IMG/VR virus record: IMGVR_UViG_3300022752_000013
Reading direction: 5' to 3' (one strand)
Source: a virus
Lineage: Duplodnaviria; Caudoviricetes
Length of the DNA: 64,000 bases
Every line of letters begins with the position of its first letter. The stretch's first letter is position 1. Positions 57,705 to 64,000 of the stretch are shown one piece after another. The notes beneath the pieces were generated by a model, which did not search any database, was not told the origin of the DNA, and saw nothing but the letters and a program-made list of their open reading frames with translations. The translations under genes and the position numbers were made by a program.

Positions 57705-58943
57705 ATGAAAAAGATTGGATTTATTGGGATTGGAAAATTGGGTCTCGATTGTGCTGAAGTTATGGCAGAGAAGCATGAAGTCAGAGGCTACGATATTTAC
57801 CCACGTGCAAGCGACTCAGTAAAAGTTTGTGACATTGATGAATTGGTCAATGAAAGCGAATGGATTTTTATTGCTGTACCTACTCCACATGCAGAAGGTT
57901 ATGATGGATCTGTGCCATCAAGCCACATGGAACCCCGAGACTTTGGACATAATGCTGTGATTGATGCTATTCATAAAGTTAATGCTCATGCTAGATCGCC
58001 CAAGAAGGTCGTGTTGATCTCCACAGTATTACCGGGCACCACACGCCGTAAGTTTTATCCACTTTTGGACAAGCAACATCAGTTCTTGTACAACCCTTAT
58101 TTGATTGCCATGGGCTCGGTCAAGTGGGACATGGTCAATCCTGAAATGATCATGATTGGCACCGAAGATGGCGCCTGGAATGGTATTGCCGACGAACTCA
58201 AGGACTTGTATGACACAGTGATGCAAAACGATCCACGCTACGAAATTGGCACCTGGGACGAGTGCGAATCAATCAAGATCTTCTACAACACATTCATCTC
58301 AGCCAAGGTTGGACTAGTCAACATGGTTCAAGACTTTGCTCTACGCATTGGCAATATTGACGTTGATGTGGTCACAAATGCTCTGGCACGAAGCACTATG
58401 CGTATCATGGGACCCAAGTACATGACCGCAGGCATGGGAGATGCAGGTGCTTGCCATCCACGTGACAACATTGCGTTGCGTTGGTTGGCCAAAGAATACG
58501 ACATTGGCTATGACTTGTTTGACACAGTGATGCATGCTCGTGAAATACAAGCCAAGAACCTTGCCATATTCCTGGTTGAACAGGCCAAACAACACGGCAT
58601 GAGCATTGTGATTCATGGCAAGGCCTACAAGCCTGATGTTGAATATTGTATTGGATCCTACTCAACTCTAGTTGGACACTATGTAAAAGAAGCAGGCTTT
58701 GGTGTGAGATATCTTGACCCCTTGGCCGATGATCCTGCAGAAGTTATTACAGAACTGGCAGGACCTGCTGTGATACTATGGGCACACAACCGCAAAATCA
58801 CATATGAGTACACCGGTGACCAGCCTGACACACTGCCTTACTGTGCTATTCCACGAGGCTCAGTAGTGGTTGATCCATGGCGTAAACTTCCTGACATTGA
58901 AGGACTGACTGTGGTCCATTATGGCAACACCCGCAACAAATAA
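57705..58943 (+). CDS. UDP-glucose/GDP-mannose dehydrogenase family protein
   Basis: GFIGIGKLG, IAVPTP, K..YNTF, GACHPRD, AYKPD. Confidence 0.92.
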   Translation: MKKIGFIGIGKLGLDCAEVMAEKHEVRGYDIYPRASDSVKVCDIDELVNESEWIFIAVPTPHAEGYDGSVPSSHMEPRDFGHNAVIDAIHKVNAHARSPKKVVLISTVLPGTTRRKFYPLLDKQHQFLYNPYLIAMGSVKWDMVNPEMIMIGTEDGAWNGIADELKDLYDTVMQNDPRYEIGTWDECESIKIFYNTFISAKVGLVNMVQDFALRIGNIDVDVVTNALARSTMRIMGPKYMTAGMGDAGACHPRDNIALRWLAKEYDIGYDLFDTVMHAREIQAKNLAIFLVEQAKQHGMSIVIHGKAYKPDVEYCIGSYSTLVGHYVKEAGFGVRYLDPLADDPAEVITELAGPAVILWAHNRKITYEYTGDQPDTLPYCAIPRGSVVVDPWRKLPDIEGLTVVHYGNTRNK

Positions 58944-59442
58944 TACCTGGGCCCAAGGACATGTTGAGCCTTGGTGGGATTTGCGTCATCGTGAATTGGC
59001 TTATTTTAATGAAGCATTCAATGATCCTGTGAGTCTCAGTGAATGGCGTGGCCTGGGCTACACCCAGAAAAAATTCACAGGAGACATGTATGACATGCGC
59101 ATGCCCGAACCGGAATGGATGCGCAAGTTTACAGATATTTTTCCGTTTCAAAATCTAAGTTGGAGTGTGTATCGCATGACTCCGGGTTGCGTGTTGCCCA
59201 TGCACAGCGATACCTATAACCGATTCAAGGAAATATATGCTGTGCCAGACACTGCCACTGTGGTACGTGTTATTGTGTATCTAGAAGATTGGGCCAGTGG
59301 CCACTACTGTGAAATGGCTGGTCGACCCATTACGGGATGGCGTGCCGGAGATTGGGTGTCATGGCATGATGGTTTTCCTCACTTGGCTGCCAACATGGGC
59401 CGAACTGATCGTTATACATTACAACTCACAGGAACCTTATGA
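58921..59442 (+). CDS. Fe(II)/2OG-oxygenase-like cupin
   Basis: PMHSD (HxD), distal PHLAAN, R..LQLTG. Confidence 0.7.
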   Translation: MATPATNNTWAQGHVEPWWDLRHRELAYFNEAFNDPVSLSEWRGLGYTQKKFTGDMYDMRMPEPEWMRKFTDIFPFQNLSWSVYRMTPGCVLPMHSDTYNRFKEIYAVPDTATVVRVIVYLEDWASGHYCEMAGRPITGWRAGDWVSWHDGFPHLAANMGRTDRYTLQLTGTL

Positions 59443-60350
59443 TATCAAGCGTCGACGAATGGAGACCATTAAAGAAGATTGTGGTAGGATCGGCTACAGA
59501 TGCCAACTGGCCCGTTAACGATCCTGTGTTTGCCAAAGAAGGTGAAAAGACTACCTGGAAAGAAACGCCTGTTCCACGTGGGCCTGTGCCCCAGTGGATA
59601 ATTGACGAAGCCAACGAAGATTTGGATGGTCTAGCAACGACCCTGATGAGCCTAGGCGTAGAGGTAGTGCGTCCGGATCCACTCAACTTTCAAACTCACG
59701 ATGGCATGTACAATTATTGCCCACGTGACAGGCTTCTTGTGTATGCCTCAACTGTGATTGATACTGCAATGATGTATCCTTGCAGAGATATGGAACTGCA
59801 ATGCTATCATGACATTGTCAAAGACGCTGAAGTGATTCACATGCCACGTGATCAAGGACTTGTGCTAGATGCGGCCAATGTATGCAGACTAGGAGATAGT
59901 ATGCTGTTCTTGGAATCAGCAAGTGGCAATCGCAAGGCCTACGAATGGTTGTGCGCACAGTTGCCTGAAGTCACGATTGAACTGTGCAATTTTTATGCTG
60001 GTGTACATATTGATTCGACTATTGTACCGCTACGTGAGGGCTTGGTCATGCTCAATGCTAGTCGTGTGACATTTGATAATGTACCGCGAGTATTTGACGG
60101 CTGGCACAAGATCTGGGTCAACGATGTGGTAGCACAGGATTTCTATAAATATCCATATGCATCAAAATGGATAGCAATGAATATGTTAGTAGTTGACCCC
60201 CACACTGTTATTTGTGACAAGAACCAAACTGAATTGATCAAGACTTTACAAAGTTACAGATTTGAAGTTATTCCTCTTGAACTACGACACAGCCGTACAC
60301 TAGGTGGTGGCTTTCATTGCGTCACACTAGACCTGCATCGTGAGACATGA
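59439..60350 (+). CDS. Amidinotransferase (glycine/inosamine-phosphate amidinotransferase family)
   Basis: CPRD, DAAN, HIDST, GGGFHCVT. Confidence 0.9.
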   Translation: MISSVDEWRPLKKIVVGSATDANWPVNDPVFAKEGEKTTWKETPVPRGPVPQWIIDEANEDLDGLATTLMSLGVEVVRPDPLNFQTHDGMYNYCPRDRLLVYASTVIDTAMMYPCRDMELQCYHDIVKDAEVIHMPRDQGLVLDAANVCRLGDSMLFLESASGNRKAYEWLCAQLPEVTIELCNFYAGVHIDSTIVPLREGLVMLNASRVTFDNVPRVFDGWHKIWVNDVVAQDFYKYPYASKWIAMNMLVVDPHTVICDKNQTELIKTLQSYRFEVIPLELRHSRTLGGGFHCVTLDLHRET

Positions 60351-60901
60351 ACATTGCCTGGTTGTTTGCTGAAAACACCCTGCTACCTCCTGCCACAGAT
60401 GTACAGGCCATAAAGAATGTGGCACCCATATGGGGCTCATGGCGCACACAACGCGGTTATCAAACAGACAATGTGATCTGTTGGGATCCTGCGCAGGCCA
60501 CTCAATTGGTTGCACAAGGTTACAGTGCCATCTGTAATCTTTTTGTACATCAGTTGGTTTATGACGAACTAGGCCAACCAGATGGTGTGCGGGCATTTGG
60601 TGGAGAGTTTGTTCATGCAGTAGATTCTCACGATGATGTTGTGGGTATGCATCTAGTGGCCAGTGCCGCAGATGTAATTCTTATGGTAGGATTTGATTTT
60701 ATCGAACCAAAAAACCCAACTGAATCCAGAACCAACTATTTAGGGTTGGCCGCACAAGTGATAAAGGACTATCCAAAACAGCAATGGGTCATGATTGATC
60801 ATTCAACCGAATTGTCCAAACAGTTCGAAGGACAAGAAAATATCACTTGCGATCGAATGAAAAATGTGTTACAATTACTCATGTTTAACACAACCGAATG
60901 A
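60347..60901 (+). CDS. Hypothetical protein
   Basis: 184 aa, ATGA coupling. Confidence 0.7.
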   Translation: MNIAWLFAENTLLPPATDVQAIKNVAPIWGSWRTQRGYQTDNVICWDPAQATQLVAQGYSAICNLFVHQLVYDELGQPDGVRAFGGEFVHAVDSHDDVVGMHLVASAADVILMVGFDFIEPKNPTESRTNYLGLAAQVIKDYPKQQWVMIDHSTELSKQFEGQENITCDRMKNVLQLLMFNTTE

Positions 60902-60904
60902 TGT

Positions 60905-61927
60905 ATGACTGCTCGAATTGGCTTTTGTTGCAAATGGCTCAATGACCCAAGCGAATGTGGGGGCATGAAAGTCAATGCAAAGGACCGTGAATTAAACGGC
61001 AGATCAACTACCATGAGGTGGCTTCGCGAACACAAAGACGAAGCGGAACAACGTCAGTGGGACATCATGAATCACAATACATCAGCGGCTGTGAAGATGA
61101 TTGAGCGTGTGGCCACATTACCCGAAGGCAGACGCATGGTACGACTGGGCAGTGAAATGCTACAAGGCTACACTGAGAAAGATTGGATCAACTGGTGGCA
61201 ACGCACTGAGATTCAAGATCACTGTGCAAAGATATTTGCACCCATAGGCGAAACTGCAAGACGACTAGGTGTGCGACTGAGTTTCCATCCTGGACAGTTT
61301 TGTGTGTTGGCCAGCGAGAGCGACGAGATTGTGGAACGCAGTATCCTCGAATTTGAATATCATGCAGACATGGCACGGTGGATGGGCTACGGCGAGACCT
61401 GGCATGATCATGGATTTAAAATTAACGTGCATTTATCGGGTAAAGGTGGTCCCGCTAAATTCCTGAAGACCTTGGGTCGTCTCACTCCAGAGGCCAGGAA
61501 CTTGATAACCATCGAGAATGACGAGATGACAAATGGATTGGACACTACTTTGGCTGTGGCTCAGCATGTGGCTCTTGTGTTGGATGTACACCACCACTGG
61601 ATCAACTCAGGCGAATATATCGAACCGCAGGACGTTCGTGCAAGTAGGGTTATTGACTCTTGGCGCGGTGTTCGTCCTGCAATGCATTTTAGTACTAGTC
61701 GCGAGGACGTTTTGGTCGATCATGATCCAGGAGTTCGACCAGACCTTGCTGAACTTCTTGCTAGAGGTTATAAAAAGCAGAAACTCCGAGCACACAGTGA
61801 CTTCTGTTGGAACCGGGCTGTGAACGCATGGGCACTGGGTTTTCGTGACCAGTTTGATATACAGGTAGAAGCCAAGGGCAAAAATCTTGCCAGTCAGCAG
61901 TTGTTTGACCAAAGTAACAATCAATGA
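60905..61927 (+). CDS. uvsE: UV-damage endonuclease (UvsE/UvdE family)
   Basis: RLSFHPGQF, IEND, LDVHHH, P.MHFS, RAHSD, EAKGK. Confidence 0.93.
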   Translation: MTARIGFCCKWLNDPSECGGMKVNAKDRELNGRSTTMRWLREHKDEAEQRQWDIMNHNTSAAVKMIERVATLPEGRRMVRLGSEMLQGYTEKDWINWWQRTEIQDHCAKIFAPIGETARRLGVRLSFHPGQFCVLASESDEIVERSILEFEYHADMARWMGYGETWHDHGFKINVHLSGKGGPAKFLKTLGRLTPEARNLITIENDEMTNGLDTTLAVAQHVALVLDVHHHWINSGEYIEPQDVRASRVIDSWRGVRPAMHFSTSREDVLVDHDPGVRPDLAELLARGYKKQKLRAHSDFCWNRAVNAWALGFRDQFDIQVEAKGKNLASQQLFDQSNNQ

Positions 61928-62991
61928 TAAAAATATGGTTGTCTGACAGAGCAAATTGGATAGATTATATAATCCGTACCAATGGTAACCACGTTGAAAT
62001 TGTCCAAGACCTAACACAAATAAAATCAGAATCTGATTCTAAGAATGTGGTGGTAGACATGATGCAGAGTAATAGCAGTTGTACCATTGAAGAAATACTA
62101 GAATATAACAAAATATTTGATCGAATAGTGTTGATCAATTGTGAAACACGTTCGGATCTAATGCAAATGGTACAGAGATTTGATCTAGCAAAAGTTCGAT
62201 TTATAAATCTTAGTCATTTAAATTATACTCCCCATAGTATGAAAATAACAGGAGTAGAAACTTTTTTTGGGGAAGTTCGAAAATTATATCATAACACTAA
62301 CTATGAGTCTCTTAACAATCTAAAGCCGTTGGTATCAAAAAATCTATATTTTGATGCTCTATTAGGAATGCCAAAAAAACACAGAGACTTTGTGCATCAA
62401 AAAATGCAAAATTATGGTGCCGACAAATTCTTTATACGATATCAACGTCCAGGGCAAACATTAGATGATTCTTTAAAAAATAATAATTGGCACTGGCCGG
62501 CTGGTGCCCTAATTAAATCAGAAACAGATCAAAAAAATTGGTACTCGGGTAATCAAATAAAGTTTGCAGATATGACAACCAACATATCTAACATTGTGCC
62601 TGTTGATATATATAATGACACATGCTACAGTATTGTAACAGAAAGTTTTTTTCTATCAGATTTTGTAATGCTGACAGAAAAAACTGCCAAGCCATTGATT
62701 GCCAAAAGATTATTTGTGATGTTTGCAGGTCCGGGTTATCTAGCACACCTGCATCGTTTGGGATTTCGAACGTTTGATTCAGTGATAGATGAAAGTTATG
62801 ATCTTGAACTTGATGCTGAAACAAGGTGGACTCGGGCATTTGATCAGGTAGAATACTTGTGTAATCAACCACAAGAATTAATATTGCAAAAAATACAGCC
62901 CATTTTGGAACATAACTACAATCTTTTTGTAGACCGAGACTGGAATCAAGAATACGAGCAAGCCATTGCCACTGCTGTAACTGATTTCTAA
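61924..62991 (+). CDS. Putative GT-B (GT10-like) glycosyltransferase
   Basis: SIVTES...LTEKTAKPL..KRLF...GFRTF..IDESYD. Confidence 0.5.
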   Translation: MIKIWLSDRANWIDYIIRTNGNHVEIVQDLTQIKSESDSKNVVVDMMQSNSSCTIEEILEYNKIFDRIVLINCETRSDLMQMVQRFDLAKVRFINLSHLNYTPHSMKITGVETFFGEVRKLYHNTNYESLNNLKPLVSKNLYFDALLGMPKKHRDFVHQKMQNYGADKFFIRYQRPGQTLDDSLKNNNWHWPAGALIKSETDQKNWYSGNQIKFADMTTNISNIVPVDIYNDTCYSIVTESFFLSDFVMLTEKTAKPLIAKRLFVMFAGPGYLAHLHRLGFRTFDSVIDESYDLELDAETRWTRAFDQVEYLCNQPQELILQKIQPILEHNYNLFVDRDWNQEYEQAIATAVTDF

Positions 62992-63020
62992 TCTTGTAAT
63001 ATTATCGTAATGTGTACATA

Positions 63021-63103
63021 TATAAATAAACTTAACCGCACACAACGATAGAGTGTGACCAGAACTCGTAACTGGTACTAAGCACCGCAAGGTGCTTTTT
63101 TTT
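63021..63103 (+). ncRNA. Candidate late-promoter small RNA ending in an intrinsic terminator
   Basis: TATAAATA, two 5-bp hairpins, AGCACC-GCAA-GGTGCT plus T8. Confidence 0.45.
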
Positions 63104-63170
63104 GGGCTAGTTTTAAAATTAAACACGGTAGTCATAAAAATGTCAAAAAATCCCGCTCTATAAATAAGGG

Positions 63171-63818
63171 ATGAAACCCACTATAGCCCTGTTCATTTAC
63201 GATCCCAAGTGTAGTGTACAAAGCGGCAATGGTATTATTCGAGCATTACAATCACACTACAACTTCAAGATATTCGGCAAGAATGAACTGGAAAAAGTTT
63301 TCTTTGACGATGTAGACATGATTGCAGTTCCGGGTGGACTGGGAGATGCCAGCAGTTATGAAACTGCATTCCGATACAATGCCCAACCAGTACGAGACTT
63401 TGTGGCCGATGGTGGTCGATATCTTGGCATCTGCATGGGTGCTTACTGGGCCGGAAGTCACTATCTCAACATCTTGCAAGACGTGGATGCTGAACAATAT
63501 ATCTGTCGCCCGGCAACAGACACACGCAGACCACATGCTAAGAATTTAGATGTGCATTGGAATCATGTTCCTCAAAAAATGTTCTTCTACGATGGCTGTG
63601 CCTTGGTAGGTGATACAAACAAATTCCAAACCGTGGCCACATACACGAACGGTGATGCCATGGCTATTCAACAAAACAACATTGGCTTGATCGGGTGTCA
63701 TCCTGAAAGTGAACAGTTCTGGTACGACAGTTATTCATGGATGCGTGGCCAATATCACAACGGTCGACATCATGGCATGTTGTTGGATTTTGTGGACCAA
63801 ATGTTTGTAACAAAATAG
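63171..63818 (+). CDS. BPL-N-like class I glutamine amidotransferase-fold protein
   Basis: VPGG, YLGICMGAY, GCHPE (Cys-His-Glu). Confidence 0.8.
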   Translation: MKPTIALFIYDPKCSVQSGNGIIRALQSHYNFKIFGKNELEKVFFDDVDMIAVPGGLGDASSYETAFRYNAQPVRDFVADGGRYLGICMGAYWAGSHYLNILQDVDAEQYICRPATDTRRPHAKNLDVHWNHVPQKMFFYDGCALVGDTNKFQTVATYTNGDAMAIQQNNIGLIGCHPESEQFWYDSYSWMRGQYHNGRHHGMLLDFVDQMFVTK

Positions 63819-63843
63819 TAACACAATTCTGCCTAAATACTAG

Positions 63844-64000
63844 ATGCCAAAAACATACCGCAGTATTTTTATCAGTGATGTGCATCTTGGCACAAGAGAC
63901 TGCAAGGCAGAAGAACTAAACAATTTTTTAAAGCACAACTCGTGCGATACCCTGTACCTAGTGGGTGACATCATTGACGCCTGGAAGATACAACAAAACC
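63844..64000 (+). CDS. UDP-2,3-diacylglucosamine-hydrolase-like (LpxH-like) phosphoesterase, partial
   Basis: FISDVHLG, LYLVGDIID. Confidence 0.8.
   Translation, partial: MPKTYRSIFISDVHLGTRDCKAEELNNFLKHNSCDTLYLVGDIIDAWKIQQN

Noticed and set aside
478-63919. Numerous 60-170 aa antisense or off-frame ORFs in the ORF track
   Set aside because: They lie within well-supported genes and lack motifs, RBS or promoter support; treated as shadow ORFs.
1-64000. Stop-codon reassignment as seen in some large phages
   Set aside because: Conserved genes are full length under the standard code, and TAG, TGA and TAA all end well-conserved proteins.

Overview
A 64-kb, gene-dense segment of a large T4-like (Rak2/GAP32-type jumbo-phage-like) dsDNA phage genome, read with the standard code. 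The proteobacterial-type IscU/IscA/ClpX/bS21 suggest a proteobacterial host (inference). Layout: 1-10 kb glycosyltransferase/methyltransferase cluster; 11-25 kb replication module (AAA ATPase, UvsW, clamp-loader small subunit, minimal DnaE-like protein, primase, DnaB-like helicase) interleaved with SGNH-like and unknown genes; 25-33 kb head/virion genes, IscU/IscA and a PD-(D/E)XK nuclease; 33-39.5 kb ribonucleotide reductase locus; 40-43 kb PAAR/baseplate genes; 43-51 kb small early genes, DNA ligase and YccA; 52-55 kb ClpX, bS21, Hsp20, ClpS; 56-64 kb a second nucleotide-sugar cluster and UV endonuclease. Most striking: nrdA is split inside its active site into two genes with charge-complementary tails (13 K/R vs 13 D/E). 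The gap holds two unrelated small genes, not a homing endonuclease, and a MobE-like HNH gene lies downstream. Also notable: a one-base frameshift near the nrdB 3' end, two candidate structured ncRNAs (one with a T-loop-like arm), many late genes that appear leaderless, a palindromic operator near early promoters, a PAAR protein with a hydrophobic insertion, and a nucleotidyltransferase-ligase fusion. No tRNA, rRNA or CRISPR array was seen.
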